Source: a virus. Taken from it: 64,000 bases of DNA. A model generated the notes under the pieces. The model saw only the letters and a list, made by a program, of their open reading frames with translations. It ran no database searches and was not told the origin of the DNA. The position numbers were made by a program, and so were the translations under genes. The DNA lies in IMG/VR virus record IMGVR_UViG_3300046616_000348, positions 1-64,000 of that record; one strand, given 5' to 3'. Below are positions 19,644 to 28,947 of this stretch, in pieces (the first letter of the stretch is position 1; each line of letters opens with the position of its first letter).

Positions 19644-20125
19644 CCGAGAAGCGCTACGCCATCATGAATGGCAACACCGTGATTGACGCCGTGCTCTGGG
19701 ACGCCGCTGCGCACCCGGAATACGTCTACCCGTTCTCGCACACCGGCATGGTGCAGCACGACGCCGCGATGCCGGGGTGGACCCTCAACGCCGGCGTCTG
19801 GGCGCCGCCCCCCGAGGAGGAGCCGGACCCCAACCTCGAGCCCAAGCTCGACAACATCTACCCGCCGCTTGAGAAGTGGCGCTTCTGGTCGATCGTGCGC
19901 ATGCCCGGGTCGATCGGGGAGGCGAACCTCCGCGGCGCCATCGCTGCGCACCCTGACGGGGCGTTCTCCGCCATCGCGCTCTCAATGCTCGATGATCCTC
20001 CTGGCGGGATGTATTGGCGCAGCAACCCGCTCTTCGCCAACGCGGCGTTCTTGGGGTCGCTGGGACTGAACGAGGCGGCCGTGAACGCCATGTGGGACAG
20101 CGCCCACGCGCTGGCCGCGCCATGA
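19640..20125 (+). CDS. tail fibre assembly/chaperone-like protein
   Basis: YAIMNG.VI...PGW....W.PP N-terminus; helical C-terminus ending GL....NAMW..A. Confidence 0.6.
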   Translation: MTEKRYAIMNGNTVIDAVLWDAAAHPEYVYPFSHTGMVQHDAAMPGWTLNAGVWAPPPEEEPDPNLEPKLDNIYPPLEKWRFWSIVRMPGSIGEANLRGAIAAHPDGAFSAIALSMLDDPPGGMYWRSNPLFANAAFLGSLGLNEAAVNAMWDSAHALAAP

Positions 20126-20919
20126 GTGAGCCGATCCGGTTCGATGGCCGAAAGCTCGACGGCAAGAAGATCTTCGTCGCGGTGCCGATGTATGGCGGCA
20201 ACGGCAAAACCGACTTCATGAACTCGCTGCTGGACCTGCAGAGCGCATTTGCCCAGCTGGGGATCCCGATGGAGTGGCGCACGATCAAGGGCGAGAGCCT
20301 GATCCCGCGCGCCCGCAACTGGCTTGCGAACGAGTTTCTGAAGTCGGACGCGACGCACCTTCTGTTCATCGACGCCGACATCAAGTTCGACCCGGTCGAC
20401 GTGGTTCGGATGGTGGTGGCCGAGAAGGAGCTGATCGGCGGGCCGTACCCGATGAAGACCATCGACTGGAGCTTCATCCGCGAAATCGTGCTGGCGAAGC
20501 CCGAGATCACGCCCGAGGAGCTGAAGCAGGCCTCCTGCTACTACCACTTCAACTACTTCCCCGGGCAGTCGCGAAACTACGACCATTCGCAACCGCTCGA
20601 GGTGCTCGACGTCTCGACCGGCATGATGCTGATCGCTCGGGCCGTGTTCGACACGATCCGGGTGAAGTGGCCCGACCAGAGCTACATGACGAACTCGGAC
20701 CATTGGGTCCGGGAGCGGATCTACAACTACTTCGGGATGACCATCGAGGACGACATCCTCCTGTCCGAGGACTACCACTTCTGCAAGCGGTGGGCCGAGA
20801 CGGGCGGGCAGGTCTGGTTGGCGCCCTGGATGAAGATGCAGCACATCGGCGACCACGTTTACGGCGGTGAGGGGCTCGAGGCCTCTGAGCGCTGGCTGAC
20901 CGTCTGTCGCGGCGGATAG
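20122..20919 (+). CDS. GT-A fold glycosyltransferase
   Basis: IFVAVPMYGG, ESLIPRARN, LLFIDAD (DxD), LSEDYHFC, HIG; ATGA-coupled start. Confidence 0.85.
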   Translation: MSEPIRFDGRKLDGKKIFVAVPMYGGNGKTDFMNSLLDLQSAFAQLGIPMEWRTIKGESLIPRARNWLANEFLKSDATHLLFIDADIKFDPVDVVRMVVAEKELIGGPYPMKTIDWSFIREIVLAKPEITPEELKQASCYYHFNYFPGQSRNYDHSQPLEVLDVSTGMMLIARAVFDTIRVKWPDQSYMTNSDHWVRERIYNYFGMTIEDDILLSEDYHFCKRWAETGGQVWLAPWMKMQHIGDHVYGGEGLEASERWLTVCRGG

Positions 20920-20930
20920 GAGCGCTCAAC

Positions 20931-21347
20931 ATGTTCGCGAATGCCGAAGGGGGCGGTGGCCGGTTCACCGCCCCCCTCGTTTTGACGCCCGACCCGAAAG
21001 GGCGCGGTTACCGGACAACCCGGGCTTTCTCCTACGACATCGGCTTCAAGGGCTCCGGCCTGACGGTCACCGTCCCCGAGAATTTCCCGACCGATCTCGC
21101 CACCGTGCCTCGTGCGCTGTGGTGGCTCTTCCCGCCGCATGACCCGCAATACGCGGCTGCGGCGGTGCTCCACGACTACCTGTATTCGTGGCGCTCCCCC
21201 TCGGGTGAAGCCTTCGACCGCGCAACGGCCGACGGCATCTTCCTCGAGGCCATGTTGATCCTGGGCGTCCCTCGCTGGAAGGCCTTGGTCATGTTCGTGG
21301 CGGTCCGCGTCTACAGCGAAACCACCCCCATCAAAACGCCCGGTTGA
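20931..21347 (+). CDS. DUF1353 family protein
   Basis: VPENFPTDLATVPR, AAVLHDYLY, ADGIFLEAM. Confidence 0.9.
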   Translation: MFANAEGGGGRFTAPLVLTPDPKGRGYRTTRAFSYDIGFKGSGLTVTVPENFPTDLATVPRALWWLFPPHDPQYAAAAVLHDYLYSWRSPSGEAFDRATADGIFLEAMLILGVPRWKALVMFVAVRVYSETTPIKTPG

Positions 21348-21374
21348 CCGGGCCCCACCCCAAGGAGATCTGCA

Positions 21375-22832
21375 ATGGCAGACATCTACCTTCACGGTAT
21401 TGAGACCGTGGAGAAGGACAGCGGTCCGCGCCCGGTCAACACCATCGACACCGGTGTGATCGGCCTCATCGGCACTGCCCCCGACGCTGACGATACCCTG
21501 TGGCCGATCAACACCCCGATCGCGATCCACGGCATCAACGACGTGCCCGTCGCCCTTGGCGCCGCCGGCACGCTGCTGGACGCGATCAACGCCATCTTCG
21601 ACCAGGCCACCCGCGTCTCGCAGACGATCGTCCTGGTCCGCGTCGAAGAGGGTGCGGGCCTTGCCGAGACGGTGGGCAACATCGTCGGCAGCCCGACCGC
21701 CCGTACCGGCCTGCATGCCCTGCGTAAGGCCAAAACGCTGCTAAACCTCGACCCGAAGCTGCTCATCGCTCCGGGCTTCACCGGCCATCGTCCGACCGAC
21801 GGTCTCGCCTCCATCGCTGTCGGCACCCAGGGCGCCGGCTACGACGAGGCTCCGGTGGTGACGTTCACCGGTGGCAGCGGGTGGGGTGCTGCAGCTCACG
21901 CCGTGATCGACGGCACCGGCAAGGTGACTGACATCGTCATCGACAACCCGGGCCAGGGCTATGCCGCTGCTCCGACCGTTGTCCTGACCGGTGGCGGCTA
22001 CACCACCATCGCGGTTGCCACGGCAACCCTCGGCACGGTGGCGAACCCGGTCGCCGTCGAGATGGTGGTCCTCGCCAACATCCTGCGCGCCTGCGCCGTC
22101 GTCGACGGCCCGAACTCGACCACGGCCGCCGCGGTGACCTACCGTCAGGACTTCGACACCGACCGCCTCCTGATCGTGGATCCCTACGTTAAGGTGCAGA
22201 AGGGCTCGAGCATCGTCAGCGAACCGGCATCTGCCCGCGTCGCCGGCATGCAGGCGCAGATCGACTATGCCGAGGGCTTCTGGTTCTCGCCGTCGAACCA
22301 CGTCATCCAGGGCATCCTCGGCGCACACCGCGTTGTTGAGCACGCGCTCTCCGATCCGTCGGTCGAGAGCCAGTTCCTCAACCGCAACTCGGTGTCCACG
22401 ATCGTGCGGTCGCCCTCCGGCGGCTTCAAGCTCTGGGGCTCCCGGGTGCCGTCGTCCGACACCCTGAAGGCCTTCTGGTCGGTGCGGCGTGCGCACGACA
22501 CGATCATCACTTCGATCGAGCTGGCGCACGAACCCTTCATCGACAAGCCGTTCAGCCTGCAGGTGCTGACCGACATCGCCGAGACCGTCAACCAGGCCCT
22601 CCGCAAGTGGAAGGCGATGGGGGCGACGCTCGGTGGTCGTGTCTGGCTCGATGCCGGCCTGAACACGAAGGAGAGCTGGGCAAGCGGCCACCTGTTCGTG
22701 TCCTACGACGCGGAAGGCCCGGCGCCGATCGAGCACATCACCTTCCAGTTCTCGCGGAACACGGGCTACTACGAGCAGCTCGGGCAAGATGCCATCCGCG
22801 AAATCGCCCGGCTTTCCGGCCGCGCGATCTAA
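21375..22832 (+). CDS. contractile tail sheath protein (P2 FI-like) with inserted repeat domain
   Basis: YLHGIETVE, IGLIGTAP, LIAPG, GFWFSPSN, FKLWGSR. Confidence 0.95.
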   Translation: MADIYLHGIETVEKDSGPRPVNTIDTGVIGLIGTAPDADDTLWPINTPIAIHGINDVPVALGAAGTLLDAINAIFDQATRVSQTIVLVRVEEGAGLAETVGNIVGSPTARTGLHALRKAKTLLNLDPKLLIAPGFTGHRPTDGLASIAVGTQGAGYDEAPVVTFTGGSGWGAAAHAVIDGTGKVTDIVIDNPGQGYAAAPTVVLTGGGYTTIAVATATLGTVANPVAVEMVVLANILRACAVVDGPNSTTAAAVTYRQDFDTDRLLIVDPYVKVQKGSSIVSEPASARVAGMQAQIDYAEGFWFSPSNHVIQGILGAHRVVEHALSDPSVESQFLNRNSVSTIVRSPSGGFKLWGSRVPSSDTLKAFWSVRRAHDTIITSIELAHEPFIDKPFSLQVLTDIAETVNQALRKWKAMGATLGGRVWLDAGLNTKESWASGHLFVSYDAEGPAPIEHITFQFSRNTGYYEQLGQDAIREIARLSGRAI

Positions 22833-22859
22833 CCCCACCCGTCACGCTAGGAGATACGA

Positions 22860-23378
22860 ATGCGCGACATTCTTCAGGGGTTCACCGTCTATATCGCGGG
22901 GGTGGACCACGGCATCGACTGCGAGGAGATCGGCCTGCCTACCCCGCAGGTCGTCCAGCAGGAATACCGCGGCGGTGGCATGGACCTCGCCGTCAACCAC
23001 GGCATGGCGGCGCTCGAAGCGCTGGAGGCGACCTTCAAGTTCGCCGGCCATGCCCGCAACATCCTGCAGCAGGTTGCCCGGGGTCCGGGCAAGTTCCTCA
23101 CGGTGACCGCTCGCGGCGCGGTGATGAACACCCTCACTGGTGAGCACGACGCCCACGTCGTGGTCCTCCAGGGGCAGTTCAACCAGCACTCCCGGGACAG
23201 CTGGAAGCGCGGCGAAAAGGGCGGCCTCGAGGTCACCATGAGCGGCATCCTGGCCTACCGGTACGAGATCGCCGGCAACGTCGTTCACGAGATCCAGGCC
23301 TACCCGCCGCGTCGCGTGATCAACGGCAACGACGAACTCGCCTCGATCAACACCATCCTGGGCTACGCGAATGGATAA
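22860..23378 (+). CDS. tail tube protein (P2 FII-like)
   Basis: EYRGGGMD, LEALEATF, INGNDEL. Confidence 0.92.
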   Translation: MRDILQGFTVYIAGVDHGIDCEEIGLPTPQVVQQEYRGGGMDLAVNHGMAALEALEATFKFAGHARNILQQVARGPGKFLTVTARGAVMNTLTGEHDAHVVVLQGQFNQHSRDSWKRGEKGGLEVTMSGILAYRYEIAGNVVHEIQAYPPRRVINGNDELASINTILGYANG

Positions 23379-23769
23379 AATCGTCAAGGCAACTCCGGGT
23401 CTCGAGGGGGCGGCTTCGGCCGCCCCTGTCGCATCCGGCCCGAACTACCTGAACGACCGCCCCCGGTCGAAGACCTTCCCCCTGGAAGAGCCCTTCGAGC
23501 TCGGCGGCGTGGTCTATCGGGAAATCACCGCCCGCCGCCTCAACGGCGCCGCGCTCCTCTCCCTCCAGCAGATGCTCCAGATCCCTGGGGCTGACCCCTC
23601 CGCCGTGATGTTCGGCGCCCTCTGCGGCGTCCCTCCGGCGGTCATCCTGGCCCTCGACGCCGTCGACTTCGCGGCGATCTCGGCGGGTTCCAAGGATTTT
23701 ATGCCCCAGTCGGCGTTCGCGGCGAGCGATGCGACTGGCGGAAATGGTCCGAATACGCCGCAGACGTAG
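23371..23769 (+). CDS. tail assembly chaperone (gpE-like)
   Basis: between tube and tape measure; LEEPF..EITARR...LDAVDF. Confidence 0.85.
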   Translation: MDKIVKATPGLEGAASAAPVASGPNYLNDRPRSKTFPLEEPFELGGVVYREITARRLNGAALLSLQQMLQIPGADPSAVMFGALCGVPPAVILALDAVDFAAISAGSKDFMPQSAFAASDATGGNGPNTPQT

Positions 23770-23888
23770 CAGCTGTCCTGCACTTCCCGCGTCGTGACCT
23801 CCTCGAAATGGACTTCGAGGAGCTCGCGGTGTGGTGGGTGGAGGCCATCCGAGTTGTGAGGGAAATGAATGGCGTCCGCAGCTCGTGA
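23694..23888 (+). CDS. -1 frameshift extension of the tail chaperone (gpE'-like)
   Basis: G_GAT_TTT at 23694-23700; the -1 frame reads AADVAAVLHFPRRDLLEMDFEELAVWWVEA to TGA 23886-23888. Confidence 0.8.
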   Translation, partial: GFYAPVGVRGERCDWRKWSEYAADVAAVLHFPRRDLLEMDFEELAVWWVEAIRVVREMNGVRSS

Positions 23889-26640
23889 AGCATCACTCAT
23901 CCTCCGCCTGGTCGATCAGGTCACCGGTCCCGCTAAGGCGATCACCGGTGCCCTGACGAACCTCAGCGGGGTGATGGCCGGGGTCCGCACCATGCGTGCG
24001 GTCTCCAACACCGTCGCCGATGCCGGCCGCAACATGCGCCGGGCCGCCACGGATGCCTCCGCTCTCTCGCTGCCGATGGTCGTCATCGGCAAGGAGGCGG
24101 CCGAGGCCGTCTACAACTTCGAGAAGGCGGGCAACGCGGCCGAGGCCTACGGCAACATCACGGCCGAGCAGCGCAAGGAGCTCGAGGCCTACGCCCAGGT
24201 GCTGAACGACGAGTCGCCGTTCACCCTCAACCAGATCATGGACGCCGCGAACGAGCTGTTCAAAGCGGGCCTGAACTTCGAGCAGGCGATGGGCGCCCTC
24301 CGCGGCGCGCTCCAGCTCGGCACCGCCGGCGACCTCGACGTCGCCACGGCCACCGACCTCTCGACCAACATTCTGACCTCGATGCGCCTGCCGGCCGACA
24401 CTGCCGAGCAGGTGGCGGCGTCGCTCGAAAAGGTCAACGACGTCCTGGCCTTCTCCGCCGCACAGTCGAACGCCGACGTGCTCGAGATGGCCGAGGCCTT
24501 CAAGTATGCCGGCGGCGTCGCGACGGCGGTCGGTATCCCGATGAACGAGCTCGCCACCATGTTCATGGTGATGGCGAAGAACGGCATCAAGGGTTCCGAG
24601 GCTGGTACGGCGCTCCGCTCGGGCATCGTCCGCATGCTCCGGCCGACGCTGTTCGCACAGCGGCAGCTCGAGGCGCTCAACATCGAGATGGGCGACTTCG
24701 TCACCCTGGGTGAGAAGATCGACTTCTCGAACATCCAGGACGCGGTCTCCTCGCTCACCGGCAACGACCTCGCCAACGTGAAGGGGCCGATCGAGGCGCT
24801 GCTCGAGGACGACATCCTCAAGCGCAGCCCTCAGAAGCTCGTGTCCCGAGTGATGGAGCTGGTCGCCAAGGAGGTTGAGGCCAGCGGCGCGGACATGGAG
24901 GTGATCGGCGACGCGGTCACCCAGGCGATCATGACCGGCGCCGAGAAGGTCGACATGATGGGCTTCCTCAAGGAGCTCAACGACAAGGGCGCCAGCGCCG
25001 TCGACATGTCCTACATCTGGGACGTGCGGCAGGGCTCACGCCTGATGTCGCTGATGTCGGAAGACCTCGACAAGCTCCTCGCCACCTTCGACGGCAACGT
25101 CGAGGGAGCGGCGGCCCGCATGGCGGCGACGCGCCTCAAGGGGATCGTCGGCGTGGTGAACGAGTTCGACTCGGCAATGAGCAAGCTCTACATCTCGGTC
25201 GCCGAGAGTGGGGTGCTGCAGACCGTCTCGAGCATGATCAAGTCGTTCACCGACTGGCTCAACAAGATGGCCGAGCTGAACCCGAAGATCCTCGAGTTCG
25301 GCACCTACGCCGCCGCGGCCCTCGCGGTGCTCGCGCCGCTCGGCCTGGTCCTCTCCGGCCTCGCCAGCGTCGTGGCCTTCATCGCCAACCCGATCACCCT
25401 GATCGTCGCTGCGCTCGCCTACCTGGCGGTGCAGAACTGGCAGGGCATCGTGCTCTTCTGGCAAAGCCTCCAGACGTTCTTCACCCAGGCGCTCTCGCCC
25501 GAGGCGGTGGCGATGCTGGGGCAGGTCGTCGGCTGGTTCCAGCAGCTGCCGGACGCCTTCAGTGGGCAGTGGATCAACGCCGATCTGTCGACCTGGGGTC
25601 GGCAGGTGGGCGAGGGGCTCGCGGCCGTCGTCAATGCCGTTCCGAAGTTCCTCGAGTTCCTCGATCAGCTGAAGACGGATGCGCAGCCGATCATCGAGAC
25701 CCTGACGCCGGTGTTCACCGCCTTCGGTGAGGGGGTGATGAACATCGCCGGCGCCATCGGCAACCTGACCAAGGGCGCCGTGGATGGGGCAGTGGCCTTC
25801 TTCCAGGGCATGGTGTCGGGGATCTCCCCCGAGACCATCGACACCCTCGGACGCTGGGGCACCGCGATTGCGGGGTTCGCCAAGGGCCTGTGGGATCTGA
25901 TCAGCAGCATCGCTGGCGCGGTCGCCAACGCCGACATGAGCGGGTTCACCGAGTTCATGCGGCTGTTCGGCGAGGCCTTCGCCATCGGTCTCAACACTCA
26001 GGTCGCACTGCTCGATAGCGTGGTCACCTTCCTCAGCAACCTTCCCTCGCTGATCCAGACCGGCATGTCCTCGGGCATGGCGACGCTGCAGGCGAAGGTC
26101 GAGGAGATCAAGACGTGGATCATCACGTTCTTCTCGAGCATCGACCTGGCGGCCATCGGTAAGGCGATCATCGACAGCCTCATCAACGGCATCGTGAGTG
26201 CGGTCCCCTTCCTGAAGGAGACCATCGACGGCATCGGCGGGCTGATCAACTCGATCGGCGGCGGCGGTGGCGGCAACGGCACTGCCGGCGGCGGTGGGAA
26301 GATGTTCGGCGACGCCGGGGGTGACCCTGGCCTGCCGATGCCGATCGAGGGCGCCCGCGCAAGCGGTGGCCCGCTGTGGGACGGCTGGTTCCTCGCCGGT
26401 GAGAAGGGCCCCGAGCTCGGCTACGCGTCGGGCAACGGGCACATGTTCAATGCCGACGAGACCAAGCGGATGCTGACCGGCGCCAACAACAACGGCGGCG
26501 GTGGGGTGACGAACCACAACACCTTCCACATCTCGACCAGCGACCCCGAGGCCGCTGCCAATGCCGTCGCTCGCAGGCTGGACGCCAGCCTGCAGCGGTC
26601 CCGCGGTCTCTCGATGGAGGACCGCCCCGTCTACGGGTAA
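23869..26640 (+). CDS. tape measure protein
   Basis: 923 aa helical protein; AFKYAG, NGIKGSEAGTALR core; RASGG..GEKGPE C-terminus. Confidence 0.95.
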   Translation: MASAAREASLILRLVDQVTGPAKAITGALTNLSGVMAGVRTMRAVSNTVADAGRNMRRAATDASALSLPMVVIGKEAAEAVYNFEKAGNAAEAYGNITAEQRKELEAYAQVLNDESPFTLNQIMDAANELFKAGLNFEQAMGALRGALQLGTAGDLDVATATDLSTNILTSMRLPADTAEQVAASLEKVNDVLAFSAAQSNADVLEMAEAFKYAGGVATAVGIPMNELATMFMVMAKNGIKGSEAGTALRSGIVRMLRPTLFAQRQLEALNIEMGDFVTLGEKIDFSNIQDAVSSLTGNDLANVKGPIEALLEDDILKRSPQKLVSRVMELVAKEVEASGADMEVIGDAVTQAIMTGAEKVDMMGFLKELNDKGASAVDMSYIWDVRQGSRLMSLMSEDLDKLLATFDGNVEGAAARMAATRLKGIVGVVNEFDSAMSKLYISVAESGVLQTVSSMIKSFTDWLNKMAELNPKILEFGTYAAAALAVLAPLGLVLSGLASVVAFIANPITLIVAALAYLAVQNWQGIVLFWQSLQTFFTQALSPEAVAMLGQVVGWFQQLPDAFSGQWINADLSTWGRQVGEGLAAVVNAVPKFLEFLDQLKTDAQPIIETLTPVFTAFGEGVMNIAGAIGNLTKGAVDGAVAFFQGMVSGISPETIDTLGRWGTAIAGFAKGLWDLISSIAGAVANADMSGFTEFMRLFGEAFAIGLNTQVALLDSVVTFLSNLPSLIQTGMSSGMATLQAKVEEIKTWIITFFSSIDLAAIGKAIIDSLINGIVSAVPFLKETIDGIGGLINSIGGGGGGNGTAGGGGKMFGDAGGDPGLPMPIEGARASGGPLWDGWFLAGEKGPELGYASGNGHMFNADETKRMLTGANNNGGGGVTNHNTFHISTSDPEAAANAVARRLDASLQRSRGLSMEDRPVYG

Positions 26641-26651
26641 AGGAGTAGCAG

Positions 26652-27071
26652 ATGCCGCTGATGCGACTGGGTGCCTTCGTTTTCGCGGTGCCCACCTATT
26701 CGTTCGAGAGCCTGCAGCGGTCCGTGTCGAGCCGCGCCGAAAGCCAGATGGTGATCGGCGCGGCTCCTCCGATCCACCTGCTCGGCCCCGGCGAAGAGAC
26801 GGTTAGCCTCTCCAGCACCTTCTTCCCGTTCCACCTGAACGGGGCAGGGCTCGCCCAGCTGGAGGGCATCCGAGCTGCCTGCCAGGCACAGACCCCCATG
26901 ATGATGGTGTCGATCGGAGGCGTCGTCTTCGGGCGATGGATCATCCGCGACGTCGGGGACAGCCAGTCGTTCTTCCATCCCTCCGGCGCGCCGCAAAAGG
27001 TCGAGGTGGATATGAGCCTCGTCAAATACACCGCCGGCGGCACCGGGCGGTCCAGCTTCAGGTTCTTCTGA
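26652..27071 (+). CDS. P2 gpU-like tail protein
   Basis: LMRLGAFVF, LGPGEET, GRWII. Confidence 0.92.
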   Translation: MPLMRLGAFVFAVPTYSFESLQRSVSSRAESQMVIGAAPPIHLLGPGEETVSLSSTFFPFHLNGAGLAQLEGIRAACQAQTPMMMVSIGGVVFGRWIIRDVGDSQSFFHPSGAPQKVEVDMSLVKYTAGGTGRSSFRFF

Positions 27072-28066
27072 TGGCACGCCCGTTCTTCAGGGTGTCGGCC
27101 GGTGGGGTGGACATCACGTCCAAGCTCGTCGGGCGCGGCATCTCGCTCACGATCAGCGATGGCGTCGGCCGCGAGTCGGACACGATCCAGCTCGAGATCG
27201 ACGACGTAAACGGCGAGGTCGCCGCCCCGCGCACGGGCGTGATCCTCAACGTGGTCGGCGGCTACGAGGACGGCCCCCAGCGGGACTTCGGCGACTACAA
27301 GGTCGACCAGGTGGCCTACTCGGGCTACCCGCAGAAGATCTCCATCAGCGCCCAGGCCGTGGACGCCAAGAGCGAGCAGAAGCAGAAGCGGGTGCTCGAC
27401 TACCAGGTCGAGGATTTCCCCACCTACGGGGACATCTTCTCGGCCGCCGCCGGTCGCATGGGGCTCGAGCTCGCGATCTCCGCCGAGATCAAGAGCAAGG
27501 CCAACCCCTACGAGATGCAGTCGGAAGAGAACGACCTCTCGTTCAGCACGCGCCTGGGCGACAAGCTCGACGCCTCGGTGTCGGTGAAGTCCGGCCGGCT
27601 CGTGGTGATGAAGCGCGGCAAGGGCACGACGGTCAGCGGCCAGCAGCTCCCCACGATCGTGGTGGAGTATGCGGTCAACGTCCTCAGCTACAACGTCACC
27701 CGCAAGGACAAGCCCAAGCACAGCACCGTGACCGCCACCTGGTTCGACCGCGACGAGGTCGAGCGCAAGGAGGTGTCGGTCTCGGCCAGCGCCGAGGGTC
27801 CGGACTTCCTCCTGCGCGACCCCTACGCCTCGGAAGCCGAGGCCAAGGAGAACGCCGAGGCCAAGTCGAAGGAGCTGCAGCGCGGTGAGGCGTCGGCGTC
27901 CTTCGAGATCGACGGCGACCCGATGGCTCGAGCCGAGGCCTACGTGGAGGCGATCGGCCTCCGCGACCAGGTCGACGGCAAGTGGCGGGCAACCACCGTC
28001 ACCCACAACTTCTCATCGACGTCGCCCTACACGACCTCGATCGAGTGCGAACTCCCCGACGCATAA
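27071..28066 (+). CDS. baseplate hub, P2 gpD-like
   Basis: ESDTIQLEIDD, QSEENDLSF; start corrected to 27071. Confidence 0.92.
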   Translation: MARPFFRVSAGGVDITSKLVGRGISLTISDGVGRESDTIQLEIDDVNGEVAAPRTGVILNVVGGYEDGPQRDFGDYKVDQVAYSGYPQKISISAQAVDAKSEQKQKRVLDYQVEDFPTYGDIFSAAAGRMGLELAISAEIKSKANPYEMQSEENDLSFSTRLGDKLDASVSVKSGRLVVMKRGKGTTVSGQQLPTIVVEYAVNVLSYNVTRKDKPKHSTVTATWFDRDEVERKEVSVSASAEGPDFLLRDPYASEAEAKENAEAKSKELQRGEASASFEIDGDPMARAEAYVEAIGLRDQVDGKWRATTVTHNFSSTSPYTTSIECELPDA

Positions 28067-28075
28067 GAGGTCGCC

Positions 28076-28309
28076 ATGCGCTTCACGTACCTGCCGAACG
28101 GCGGGGCGAGCTACGTCACCTCACAGGGGGACGTGCTCGATCTCATCGCTTTCAACTTCTACGGCGACCACCCGGGCAACACGGAGCGGCTCTACGCCGC
28201 GAACCGTGACCTGGCCCTGGTCACCCAACCCTTCGTAGCAGGCGTCCAGATCCTGCTGCCCGCGCCCGCGCCGAAGAAGCCGGCCGCGCAAATCCAGCTC
28301 TGGGACTAG
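28076..28309 (+). CDS. tail protein X (P2 gpX-like)
   Basis: TSQGDVLDLI...YG...AAN..L...QLWD. Confidence 0.92.
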   Translation: MRFTYLPNGGASYVTSQGDVLDLIAFNFYGDHPGNTERLYAANRDLALVTQPFVAGVQILLPAPAPKKPAAQIQLWD

Positions 28310-28318
28310 GAAACATCA

Positions 28319-28618
28319 ATGGAAGACATGGACTTCGGCGGCGCCATTAAGGCGCTGAAGGAGGGCAAGAAGGTTGCGCGGGCCGCATGGTCTGGGCAGC
28401 CGATCTCGTTCCTCTACCTCGTTAACGGCAGCACCTTCACCGTCAACCGCGCGCCACTGGCCCCGCGGTTCGGCGGCAAGGTCGTCGACTATCACGGCCA
28501 CATCGACGCCTTCTGGCACGCCCCGGCCTACGCCTCCAAGGGCAGCTCGCTCCACGCGTGGGTGTGGCAGCCGACCCAGGACGACATGCTCGCCGAAGAC
28601 TGGCAAGTCCGCGACTAG
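28319..28618 (+). CDS. DUF2829 family protein (Tad2-like)
   Basis: MDFGGAIKALKEGKKVARAAW ... WQPTQDDMLAEDW. Confidence 0.85.
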   Translation: MEDMDFGGAIKALKEGKKVARAAWSGQPISFLYLVNGSTFTVNRAPLAPRFGGKVVDYHGHIDAFWHAPAYASKGSSLHAWVWQPTQDDMLAEDWQVRD

Positions 28619-28641
28619 CGCAACCCCGAAAGGAGCCTCCT

Positions 28642-28947
28642 ATGGCTAACGTCCATATCGCCCTGACGGCCGCGCCGTCGCTGGGCAACCCATCCCACCC
28701 CACCCCTGTCGCCCCGTCGCGCACGCTCGCCTCCAAGAAGGTGGCGAGCAGCGCGGTGGCGGCCGACGTCGACATCACCGCCGACCGTGAGGGCGTCTGG
28801 TATGTCACCGCCATCGACGGCGATGTGTGGGTCACGTTCGACCCCGAGAAGGACGCCGCTGTTGAGGTGGAGTGGCTGGTCCTCGCCGGCACCACCCGTG
28901 ACTTCGGGGCACGCGCGGGCGACAAGCCCAGCCTGATCGACGCATGA
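28642..28947 (+). CDS. small beta-rich virion protein, putative spike base
   Basis: RBS AAGGAG; VWVTF...LAG..RDFG..GDK; ATGA-coupled to the SGNH gene. Confidence 0.55.
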   Translation: MANVHIALTAAPSLGNPSHPTPVAPSRTLASKKVASSAVAADVDITADREGVWYVTAIDGDVWVTFDPEKDAAVEVEWLVLAGTTRDFGARAGDKPSLIDA

